A stretch of 63,509 bases of DNA, counting the filler, from Guillardia theta CCMP2712 (taxonomy: Eukaryota; Protista; Cryptophyta): the NCBI RefSeq assembly GCF_000315625.1. It is 5 parts of 5 records of this genome, joined end to end, with 100 filler letters (N's around TTAATTAATTAA, not from the genome) between each part and the next. Parts side by side here need not be neighbours in the genome. Positions count along the whole stretch, not along the records: positions 23,925 to 48,821 come from NW_005434455.1; positions 48,922 to 58,178 come from NW_005434264.1; 3 more parts are not named here. One strand, 5' to 3'. Below the pieces are notes generated by a model that made no database searches, was not told the origin of the DNA, and worked only from the letters and a program-made list of their open reading frames with translations. Numbering within the stretch: the stretch's first letter is position 1; every line of letters begins with the position of its first letter. The position numbers were made by a program, and so were the translations under genes. Positions 38,950 to 54,400 of the stretch are shown here, piece by piece.

Positions 38950-40443
38950 CTCGCTGGCCCTCAAGTCAACTCACGTGTCCCATTTGCTGTGATAATTCTT
39001 CACGCCACGATGGAGGAAGCCGATGCCGCGCAGAGCTGATGCGACCCGAATCTAACCCAAGGAAGCAAAGTGAGAGGAGGAGGCACCAAGGAGCAGCAGC
39101 ACCGGCACGAGGTCTCCGCTACCCTTGATGAACGCCTGTGCCTCTCGGCGAGTGGAGGGATCAGGGCCCTTACCATGGCACAGGCACCTTCAAGGGCGTC
39201 AACGTCAGAGACCGCACATGATGGGAGACCTTCTAGTGTGGCAGGCAAGCACAGGAAATTCGAATTCGACGTCCTTCTCGTCATCGTCGGCAAGAGCGAG
39301 AATGGTCTCAACCTGTTCACATGCTATCAGCAACGGGCTTCAGAGCTTGGCGGGATCTACCTCGTCGACCTGTACAGTCACCTTGCGGCCGTTGATGGAA
39401 GTTCGCCTCCTCTTGCTTGCTTCAGACGTCGAAGCATGCGAGACTCTCGTAGGTGTTGCGACAGAGAGCACAGACAACTTCTCGAGCGACGTAGGAGACG
39501 TGAGGAGGGGCAAACCGTCCTGCTGAGTGAAAGCAGCCAGCTTCTTCTCGACGAGCTCAGCCATGTTGCCATCTATCTTGAGCTTGTCCAGGATCTCCAT
39601 CTTGAAGGATTCCTCAGACAGCTTGTCTTGCTGGTCGTAGTATGGCTTCTTGTCAGCCTCAGGAAGCTGCTCCCACAGCTCCTTTGCCTTGGCAAGGGCT
39701 GCGTCCTTGGAAAGCGCCTCCCCTTCCGTCCTCACCTTCTCACTGTTTCTCTGATACCAGAGGAGGTACGCTGGAATAAGCTTGCTCTTCTTCGCAACTT
39801 CAGGCTCATCTGCAGCTTTTTCGTCATCTTCCTCTCCATTCATTTCGCTGAGGGAGCGTTTCTTGGTATCATCCGTGACATTCAAATCCGAATCCATCTC
39901 CCGCTCAAGGTCCTCCGCAGAGATAAGGTCGAAAATCAAGGGAAAGCTGACGCATTCTTCGCTCATTTGCTTGAAATAATCCAGAGTCTGATCCATGTCA
40001 ACAACTTTGATTCTAGTCCAGATATCCATCTCAACAGCCTCTTTCTCCTTTGAGTCTAGCGTTTGTGCAAACAGCTTGACCGAACTGCAGGAAGCGATCT
40101 CAGAAATACCACTCAGGTACTCATCGTCAGACCTGTATGTCTCTCCTTGACACTTCACAGATCCATCTTCCAGCAGCTCGCCGACAACGCCGCTGTTGCC
40201 GTTTTCTTCAACCGTCCCATCTTGACTGATGTACATGGGAGTCTGCAGAGTCCGAAACGTTCGAGTAAGAAATATAGCAAGACAGACGGCACAGAGACAT
40301 AGCAGACAACACAAATCGTCATGTGGCAAACGAGTAGGACACACCAGAGTCAGTTTGCAGCCGGCTTTCAAAAAACCATCCGAGATCATTGCTCGGATCT
40401 TCACCGCATCCTCGTCCAGGGCTATTTCACCTTCACTCGACAT
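38950..40443 (-). CDS. RAMA-domain + HMG-box chromatin protein
   Basis: N-terminal MISDGFLKAG...VGELLEDGSVKCQGETYRS...IWTRIKV...TLDYFK (RAMA-like). HMG box KLIPAYLLWYQRNSEKVR...KAKELWEQLPEADKKPYYD. Further exons downstream. Confidence 0.7.
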
Positions 40444-41229
40444 CGTTTGTATCTGATTCTTCTACAGCACTTTGATCAATTGCTCTGAACTTTCATTCCC
40501 CTGTCCAACAGGATAAGAGAGCTCCTGTGAAATCCTCTCAGTTGTTGATTCGAACAGAACTTGCAACAGTTCCATGAGCATCACCATCAAGAAAACTCGC
40601 ACACCAATCCATGTGAATCATAAGGAGGAGCTCAAACAATCACACCATACACAGACAATTTTCCAGCCTTTTCTTATTGTTCTTTGAGCAAATCCGAATT
40701 TCAAATTGCCCATTCAAACGTCTTTGTGATTGTCTGTGCGCTCGTGGAGGGAATCAGTCTGATGATATTCTACTTCACGTCTCCCTCAATTTCCTTCTGA
40801 CTTCTTCTCCGTCCCCCCCTCCTCTAATGCCCGCTCACTTTGACTTTTCTTTCACGGTTCTTTACCCTCTTCTCTTCCTCGTCTCGGCTTTCTAACGTCT
40901 GTTACACTCTTTCTCCTCGATCCACACTGCTTCCTGTGATGCAATCCTCCTCTTCATCCTCTCCATGCCTGTCCTCCCTCTCCCTCTCCCTCCCACTCTC
41001 CGCGTCTCCCTTCCCGCTCTTGCTTGCCCCTCGACCCTGCCTCATGCTTCGCATCCTCGTCCACTCACGTTTGTAGTCAACATCGACAAGCACAGTCAAT
41101 ACAATCTACCATCACATTCATACATACCCTATTTTATATAATACTCCACTTAAAGAATAAGTTCTGTGCACCTACCTGGATGCACTTCAGGTCCCATAGT
41201 CAAGCTCCCCCACTCGCCTCAGAGTAAAA

Positions 41230-42260
41230 CTGATCCGGGCCGGATCGGACGGCGCGGCGGCGCCGCGGCCGCGGCCGCGGCGGCTAAGCCTTCAGCGGCA
41301 GTCACTGCGCAGTGGCCTCAGTGCCAGTGACGGCGCGGCGCGTCCGGCGCCGGCGGCAAGCATGTTGGCATCGCCACTGAGACTCCGTCACGGTTCGGTT
41401 GACACAGTATGGCCGACCGTTGATGGCCCTGCCTTGCCGCCCAGCGGCTGACTCGCCGCCGTCAGCCTGGCGGCGGCACGGCGCGGCCCACCGCCCGGCG
41501 CTTGGAGGATTTCCGCCGTGACAGGCTGAACTTGTCGGAAGGCTGAGGCCGAAACGGGGCGGCGCCGCCGGCGGCGGCCCGGCGGTGCCACCTCCCGAGT
41601 CCGAGCCTGATCGAGTCATGGCCCTAATCGGTATCGGCGGCTCAGTGAGGGGCCGGGCCCGGGCCGGGTGCCCGCGGCCCGCGCGGCCGCGGCCGCTGGC
41701 ACGCGGGCCGCTCCCGAGCCTTCGGGGGATCGGACCGTGCCACTGGTGCCGGGCAGCCGCCGCCGCCGCTGTGACTCGGCGGTGGCACAGCGCCGGGCCC
41801 CCGTCACCCGGTGGCCAGTGTCACCGCCGCGCCGGCCCGCCGCCCGGCCTGATGATCATCCGCCGGCCGCCCGGGCCGCCGGGCGGCCGCGCCGCGCGGC
41901 CGGCCCGGCGCTCCGACTCTCCGGCGTGCCAGTGCGGCAGTGTGAGCGTCACTATCACTGAGTCACCGGGTCGCCGTCGCTAAGCCTGCGGCTGCGGGCG
42001 GCCGCGGGCCGGCGCCGGGCGGGCCCGGCCGTCCGCCGAGTCGCCGGCGCCGGGGCCGCCGGCCCGCCGCGGGGGCCGGGGTCGCCGCCGCCAGGGCCCG
42101 GCGGAGGCTCACCGTCTGCAGCGGCTGCCAGACTCTCCCGAGTCCCGGAGTCCTGAAGGCTCGGCCGCCGCCGCCGGCCCGGCGCCGGCCGCCCGCCGGT
42201 CCGATCGGACTCCGAGTCACTACTCGGACCGGGCCCGACGTCCGGGACCGCCGGTTCCGA
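41230..42260. repeat. Extremely GC/CpG-rich low-complexity block between divergent genes
   Basis: Dense GGCC/CCGG/CGCG runs with GAGTCAC/CAGTGAC motifs; ORFs are R/G/A/P low-complexity. Confidence 0.65.
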
Positions 42261-44339
42261 AGTTCAACGGTTCAATTCAACGGTTGGGCTCAGGGGCTGC
42301 AGTTGACTAAAGTTCCGATCGGACGAAAAAAAAAAGGTACAAGTTGTGCTCATCTGACTTCGGGATATCCGAGTAGGGGTGGTGGTGAATAGGAGGGATG
42401 GAGAAGCAGAGTGGGTGGGTGTGAGGTAGGGTGCTTCAACAATATTATTGAAAATGACGAAAAGATTGATTTTCGATTTTTGCTGACGGTTTTTCTTTGT
42501 TCTTGAAATGTTTCCACTAAAATTGAAAACTCGAACCTTCAAATTGAAAGCATGACTTCTTCCCGGGCGCTTCAGGACAGTGAACATCGTGGTAGCGGGT
42601 ATTCCATGACCGGTACTTCGATACTAGAAAGAACCGGTGTGAATGATGTTTGAAACACAAAAAATGAACTGAATGGGTGGTGAATGCTTTCCAGGGGGGT
42701 GGGGGGTGGGGGTAGCAGAACAAAGATCAAAGAGGGTCGAGGGTTGGGGTATGATGATCAAATCATCCAGGTATTTCCGTTCGTTGGGGGGTGGGGGTGG
42801 TCCGGAAGACAACTCCCTGACTTGTAGTCACTTGTGCTTAACGACCTGGATGGGGGTAGGGGTGATGGTCAACAGGGTTGGATATTCGCTTCTGGTCCGG
42901 GGGTCCATATCTCTGCTATGTCACTGGTCATCCCATTGACCTTGTGGGGTCAATGGTGAGGGAAGGGTTGACATGGTCTAATGGCAACTTAGAAGGGGGT
43001 GGGGTAGTCATGTCAAAGAGTGGTCGTTGCTCTCCAACAGGACGGGTACATTCCAGTGGTTCACAAGGTCTCGGAATGGGTGGGGTCAATGACTGCATTT
43101 TATCACCGGGTTATACACCTATTGGAAGGACCCGGGTACTCTCACTGCCCTACCCACCATCGATTACAGTCAACTTTAAAATGTACGAACAGTGGAAGGG
43201 TGGGTGGTGCTCTAAAATATGTCATTGGTGAAATGCATTGTAAAGTGACCAGTCGAGGGGTGGGGGTAGGGGACGAGTACCCATTACACCGATAGAGGTA
43301 GAAGTTGGATGGGTGGGTAGTCCGGTAGGATATGAAATGGGGGATCCAGTTGGGGAAACTTTGGGTTGAAAGGAGCCTCAACATAGGGTGGGGAGGAACA
43401 AGGGTGGGTATGGGTATGGGTATGGGTGGGGTATAGAAGTTGAATTTTATAAACTCAGCCCCTGTAGTAGCAGGATCAGGGGGTGGGGGTGGGGTTGGGG
43501 AATGAGGGGTGGGGAATCCGATGGGACTTTAGACAATCTCTACAGTAGCAACCCCATGGGGTAGGGGTGAATCTGGTAAGGCTGGTAGGGGTGATCAAGA
43601 GATATTTTCATGGGGGTAGGGGTACAGTCACGTCTAGAGAGGGGTGGGTTTTAGGATAGGTCGTGGGTAGGGGTAAGGGGTTGGGTACTTCAACAAGAGC
43701 GATGTGCATTTCGATGGCGAGGGCAGAGGAACGGGAGAAGCGAGCGGCAAAGAGAGGAGGGATGGCAAACAAGCGATTGAAACAAGTTTAAAATCTTGAT
43801 TGGCAGGAAGGACGTCGAACTCTTGGACAAAAATAATATTGAAGAGAGTCATGCGGAAGGAAGCTTCGAATTGCGAGCTGGGTTTGGCTCCGGGAGCCGA
43901 GGGTAGAAGGAGAGTTGGTCTTGAGGACGAGGGTGCATGCTTGTGAACGATGGAGATCTCATGAGTAGAATCCATCAGGTTCCAGTTATGTAGCATGAGG
44001 ACGGGAGATCTAATGCAGTGCCCAGCACTCTGTGAAAGTGTACTGGAAAGCTTCGAGGTATATAGAAGAGATGTTGTTGTCTAGGACTGTCAGATGTTAG
44101 CAGGTTGATGGATGGGATGTTGATAGATATGCATGTCCATGTTCGAGCTTTTGGTAGGTACCAAAAGTATTGGACTTTTGCAAGTTGAGTCAAGCAGCAG
44201 AAATTTCCCGTATCGTGGCATTCAAAAAGTTCAGAAATCGATAGCATTGTCACATGCTGAATGGCAGGATAGGGATAGTGATCTCACTGATGTCTTTCTC
44301 TTGGTGCTGCAGAAATACCGGTCATGAGTGACAAGTAAT

Positions 44340-48638
<4,299 letters not shown>

Positions 48639-48921
48639 CGGGCCGAAGAAACAGAGGAGAGATGAGAGAAGAGCCTGGGGACACGCTAGAGAGAGAGGGG
48701 AGAGGGGAGAGGGGAGAGGGAGCGAGGAGGAGGGAGGAGGGAGGGAGGGGGAGGGAGGGGAGGAGGGGAGGAGGGGAGGAGGGAGGAGGGAGGAGGGAGG
48801 GGAGGGGAGGGAGGGAGGGGANNNNNNNNNNNNNNNNNNNNNNNNNNNNNNNNNNNNNNNNNNNNTTAATTAATTAANNNNNNNNNNNNNNNNNNNNNNN
48901 NNNNNNNNNNNNNNNNNNNNN

Positions 48922-51186
48922 AAGGCTGCAGTCGGTCTACTGACGGGCCCGGCCGGCAGATCGTCGAGAAACAGGGGGTCAAGGGAGGTTTTCTTCCCCT
49001 GGGAGAAATGTCCTATGGGTTTTGGATCTGCGATATAAAAAAGTCTGTCTTGGTCACGTGATGTGTCACGTGACCGGTCAGGTGAGCTGTCAGCCGGGTC
49101 ACGGCCCCTGTCAGCCGGCTGACATGTCACGGGCCTGCTGACACGGTCCGCTGACCGGTCACGGCCGCCCGGAGAGATCAGGCCCCCGGCCAATCTCCGG
49201 ACACTTAGCCTCCTGGCGGGCCTCCAGGGGGTCTGAGGCGGGGCTGAAGGCTGCAGTCGGTCTACTGACGGGCCCGGCCGGCAGGATCCGTCGAGAAACA
49301 GGGGGGTCAAGGGAGGTTTTCTTCCCCCTGGGAGAAATGTCCTATGGGTTTTTGGATCTGCGATATAAAAAAGTCTTGTCTCGGTCACGTGATGTGTCAC
49401 GTGACCGGTCAGGTGAGCCTGTCAGCCGGGTCACGGCCCCTGTCAGCCGGCTGACATGTCACGGGCCTGCTGACACGGTCCGCTGACCGGTCACGGCCGC
49501 CCGGAGAGATCGGGCCCCCGGCCAATCTCCGGACACTTAGCCTCCTGACGGGCCTCCAGGGGGTCTGAGGCGGGGCTGAAGGCTGCAGTCGGTCTACTGA
49601 CGGGCCCGGCCGGCAGGATCCGTCGAGAAACAGGGGGGTCAAGGGAGGTTTTCTTCCCCCTGGGAGAAATGTCCTATGGGTTTTTGGATCTGCGATATAA
49701 AAAAGTCTTGTCTCGGTCACGTGATGTGTCACGTGACCGGTCAGGTGAGCCTGTCAGCCGGGTCACGGCCCCTGTCAGCCGGCTGACATGTCACGGGCCT
49801 GCTGACACGGTCCGCTGACCGGTCACGGCCGCCCGGAGAGATCGGGCCCCCGGCCAATCTCCGGACACTTAGCCTCCTGACGGGCCTCCAGGGGGTCTGA
49901 GGCGGGGCTGAAGGCTGCAGTCGGTCTACTGACCGGCCCGGCCGGCAGGATCCGTCGAGAAACAGGGGGGTCAAGGGAGGTTTTCTTCCCCCTGGGAGAA
50001 ATGTCCTATGGGTTTTTGGATCTGCGATATAAAAAAGTCTTGTCTCGGTCACGTGATGTGTCACGTGACCGGTCAGGTGAGCCTGTCAGCCGGGTCACGG
50101 CCCCTGTCAGCCGGCTGACATGTCACGGGCCTGCTGACACGGTCCGCTGACCGGTCACGGCCGCCCGGAGAGATCAGGCCCCCGGCCAATCTCCGGACAC
50201 TTAGCCTCCTGGCGGGCCTCCAGGGGGTCTGAGGCGGGGCTGAAGGCTGCAGTCGGTCTACTGACGGGCCCGGCCGGCAGGATCCGTCGAGAAACAGGGG
50301 GGTCAAGGGAGGTTTTCTTCCCCCTGGGAGAAATGTCCTATGGGTTTTTGGATCTGCGATATAAAAAAGTCTTGTCTCGGTCACGTGATGTGTCACGTGA
50401 CCGGTCAGGTGAGCCTGTCAGCCGGGTCACGGCCCCTGTCAGCCGGCTGACATGTCACGGGCCTGCTGACACGGTCCGCTGACCGGTCACGGCCGCCCGG
50501 AGAGATCAGGCCCCCGGCCAATCTCCGGACACTTAGCCTCCTGGCGGGCCTCCAGGGGGTCTGAGGCGGGGCTGACGGTCCGCTGACCGGTCACGGCCGC
50601 CCGGAGAGATCAGGCCCCCGGCCAATCTCCGGACACTTAGCCTCCTGGCGGGCCTGAGAAATGTCCTATGGGTTTTTGGATCTGCGATATAAAAAAGTCT
50701 TGTCTCGGTCACGTGATGTGTCACGTGACCGGTCAGGTGAGCCTGTCAGCCGGGTCACGGCCCCTGTCAGCCGGCTGACATGTCACGGGCCTGCTGACAC
50801 GGTCCGCTGACCGGTCACGGCCGCCCGGAGAGATCAGGCCCCCGGCCAATCTCCGGACACTCGGCCGCCCGGAGAGATCAGGCCCCCGGCCAATCTCCGG
50901 ACACTTAGCCTCCTGGCGGGCCTCCAGGGGGTCTGAGGCGGGGCTGAAGGCTGCAGTCGGTCTACTGACGGGCCCGGCCGGCAGGATCCGTCGAGAAACA
51001 GGGGGGTCAAGGGAGGTTTTCTTCCCCCTGGGAGAAATGTCCTATGGGTTTTTGGATCTGCGATATAAAAAAGTCTTGTCTCGGTCACGTGATGTGTCAC
51101 GTGACCGGTCAGGTGAGCCTGTCAGCCGGGTCACGGCCCCTGTCAGCCGGCTGACATGTCACGGGCCTGCTGACACGGTCCGCACC
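48922..51186. repeat. 332-bp satellite array, segment 1
   Basis: Near-identical units; ORF-track period 332 (49409, 49741, 50073); rearranged units near 50575-50860. Confidence 0.97.
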
Positions 51187-53952
51187 CATTACGTCATGAT
51201 CTTGAATTACTCAATAATGCTTCCGGTACAAAGGCTGGCCCAGTGGGCCAGATCCAATTAGTCCTGAGGGGGGCATAGCTTGCCGTCCGGGGTCCAGAAG
51301 CACACATATCTGCTTTAGACTACCCTCCTTTCCCCTATCAAATGTCGGGTGGTGTAGCACTACCCCGTTTGTGGTTGTGAGGTCCTTCAAGGGGGGTAGA
51401 CAAGGCAAATTGAGGCTGTTCTTGGAGCCTGTTAGTACCGGATCTCGAGCTCCTCGTACAGTTCTAATACGCTTTTAAGGCGATTTCAGGGTGATGGTGA
51501 ACTGTGTTCCACCCCCCCGCACCCAACAAACGGCTGGTTTGAATTTACATGCATGAGTACCCCCATTTTAACCCCAGGTTCTCTTGGGAATGCGAGGGTA
51601 GGTGATTGGAAACAAGACACCTCCACCCCCTGCTTTCCAAGTTTGAAATATAGAAAAAGGGGGTAGGGGTCACCCCTTTCCTTCACTTTCCCCAAATCCC
51701 CCCTCCCTCGACCAAGCAAGAGATGGCGAACCGATCCCTTGCTCGCGCGCGACAACCAATTTGAATGGTGAGAGACTTCGAATCTATGTGTACTGTCATG
51801 TGGATGAATAGAAAACTTCTCTTTGAACCTATCCATAATGGTTGAGACCCATTCTTGGATTCCAAGAGGAAAGAGAAGATTTGAATCTGAGTTCGTTGAG
51901 TTGCTTGTGAATACAAAGAAGCTTTGAAGCATGGTGAGAATAGTTTTAACTGTATGTTAATGATGATGTTTGCTTTCTTGATCTTGTGATGGTGTAAATA
52001 TGCATCAAATACTGTTTTGAGCGGCAAGGATTCAAATTTGCATGGTTACATTATCCCAACAAGCATGTCACTTGCCTTCTTGTGTTTGCACTGAGACGCC
52101 TCGATGATGATGTATCTTAGTTATATAAGCGATTTTCACACTTTGAGAAGGAAAACATGAGGAAAATGGATCAGGGTGCGATGAGAGATGCAACCTTCGA
52201 ATACTTGATGGAAATGCGATCCTCCTTGTTGCGTTGCCACCCTAGCATCCTGGTACCAGAATGCTACGTGAGATGAAAGTGAAGCAGATTTGAAGATACT
52301 TGCTGTTGCTTTTCTATGTTTGCGATGGATTTGAATCAGGTGAACGCCAAAAGAAAGTGGCGTCACCAATGATGCTTGCACATTGTATGCAGATGTATGT
52401 GACTCTCTCTCTGTTGGTGACATTCATTTCATGCAATGAGGAACTTGCACGTCACATACTCTAGCATGGTACTATGCATGTGATAGCGTGCAACTGTTTC
52501 ATTCACAGGGTAGCTTCAATAAAGTCAAATCATCACATCCTTGCTGGTTAGATTCGTCTTACATGCCAATGCTCGTCGCCATGTAATTCTGTACATTCTT
52601 GTGCTTGTGGCTTTGTTAAGCAGCCACACTCCACCATGCCGGGCACTGAGCCTGGCATCGTGCACATGATGGTCATACATATAGCTTTACAAGCAACTAA
52701 TCGAATAGGCAAACAAAGATGAAGAAAGCATGAGACATCAGCTGCCTCCAGACAAGGTTAGCTCTCTGCCAGCGAACGCATCAGCCACTTGAAAGCTGAA
52801 TCATGATTGAGATCGCCAGAATTGTCTGTCGCACTGCAGTTGATTTTTGAAAACAACTCTCATGAGCTGTACTAGCCATTCCTTCTCTCAGAGTCTTCTC
52901 TCATGCAATTCCATTGCCGAGGAGTTTTCTCTCGTGCTTTCAAGTATTGATAGTTGAAGGCTGGACTTGAATGCCGGGCGTTGTGCATCAGTGCACTTCT
53001 CTGAGCAGTGGAAGCAGAGCCATTGCAACAAGCCCATCACAGCTAAGATGATAAATCTGTCGATGAAAGAAGTTCAAAGCCAAAGAGGACGGAGAGTGTA
53101 ACTTGCGGTTTGGAATAAATCTACAGCCAGACACGAGTCTAACTTGTACATAGTCATAATTGTGACAATTGTACGACATGTATGTATATTCTATTGATGT
53201 TACTTTGTCTAGAACAAGAACATGCATCTGAAAGGTTGTAGTGTAATCCCAACATTTTACACATGCGAAGCATCATTATCTAATGTCAAAATATAATGAG
53301 GTAGCGATGCAAATCATGATGAAAACTTCAAGACGTTTGAATTCGGACTGGCATCTTGCATGGCGCCACAGATGATTCAAATCATGAAGTGCAGATCTTG
53401 AAAATCTCGAGGTGCTTGCACTAAAGCGGCTTGACAACTATCGTTCAGCTTCATTCTAACTCAGAAGAAGACGCTGCCTGTTCCAAACATCTCCAAGATT
53501 GCATCAATCTCAAGTTTTTCATTCATGCCAAACCAGCATTCTCAGCCTTCAATCCCATGAGAAGCGATAATCGAGGTGTGACGTACCTCTACGCAATCAT
53601 ACTCCTTCACCACCTGCTTCAGACCTCCATTTCTTCATGTCAGACTTGATACTTGTTTGCTTTGAACGAAGAACACAAATGCCTGTTGCTTCAGCTCTTG
53701 CATGCGCCGACGCCATGCATCATGGAGGGCGCTTCGGTACTGCGTGCCGGCGTGTAGATGGCGACATGTCGGGCGTGTAGGGGAAGCCTCGAAGTCAATT
53801 TGAAACTGGATTTGAAATTTTACATACTTGTAAACAGTACCAGAAAGCAACTTTAAAACCTGTAGTAGACCACCCCACCCCACAATTTGATGTGTTTGCG
53901 AACAACCCCGTTCAGGAAGAAATGGACCAAATTTCAAGATCATGACGTAATG
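51187..53952. mobile_element. TIR element A (2766 bp) inserted in the satellite at ACC|GGT, no TSD
   Basis: 20-bp perfect TIR CATTACGTCATGATCTTGAA (51187-51206 / 53933-53952). Satellite register resumes across it except for 2 bp (TG) missing at the left junction. Confidence 0.8.
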
Positions 53953-54400
53953 GGTCACGGCCGCCCGGAGAGATCAGGCCCCCGGCCAATCTCCGGACAC
54001 TTAGCCTCCTGGCGGGCCTCCAGGGGGTCTGAGGCGGGGCTGAAGGCTGCAGTCGGTCTACTGACGGGCCCGGCCGGCAGGATCCGTCGAGAAACAGGGG
54101 GGTCAAGGGAGGTTTTCTTCCCCCTGGGAGAAATGTCCTATGGGTTTTTGGATCTGCGATATAAAAAAGTCTTGTCTCGGTCACGTGATGTGTCACGTGA
54201 CCGGTCAGGTGAGCCTGTCAGCCGGGTCACGGCCCCTGTCAGCCGGCTGACATGTCACGGGCCTGCTGACACGGTCCGCTGACCGGTCACGGCCGCCCGG
54301 AGAGATCAGGCCCCCGGCCAATCTCCGGACACTTAGCCTCCTGGCGGGCCTCCAGGGGGTCTGAGGCGGGGCTGAAGGCTGCAGTCGGTCTACTGACGGG
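53953..54400. repeat. 332-bp satellite array, segment 2
   Basis: About 1.35 units matching segment 1. Confidence 0.97.

Noticed and set aside
39070-40053. 327-aa plus-strand ORF
   Set aside because: Antisense shadow of the RAMA-HMG gene
41302-42220. Arg/Gly/Pro-rich ORFs
   Set aside because: Artefact of extreme GC content
48922-51186. Hammerhead/HDV retrozyme or 5S/snRNA tandem array
   Set aside because: No CUGANGA core found on either strand (closest is CTGACGG...GAAAC), no convincing HDV pseudoknot, and no 5S or U-RNA signature by eye; an Infernal search would settle it
51271-51290. GGGCATAGCTTGCC resembling element B's left end inside element A
   Set aside because: Only a 9-bp match with no partner terminus; could be chance
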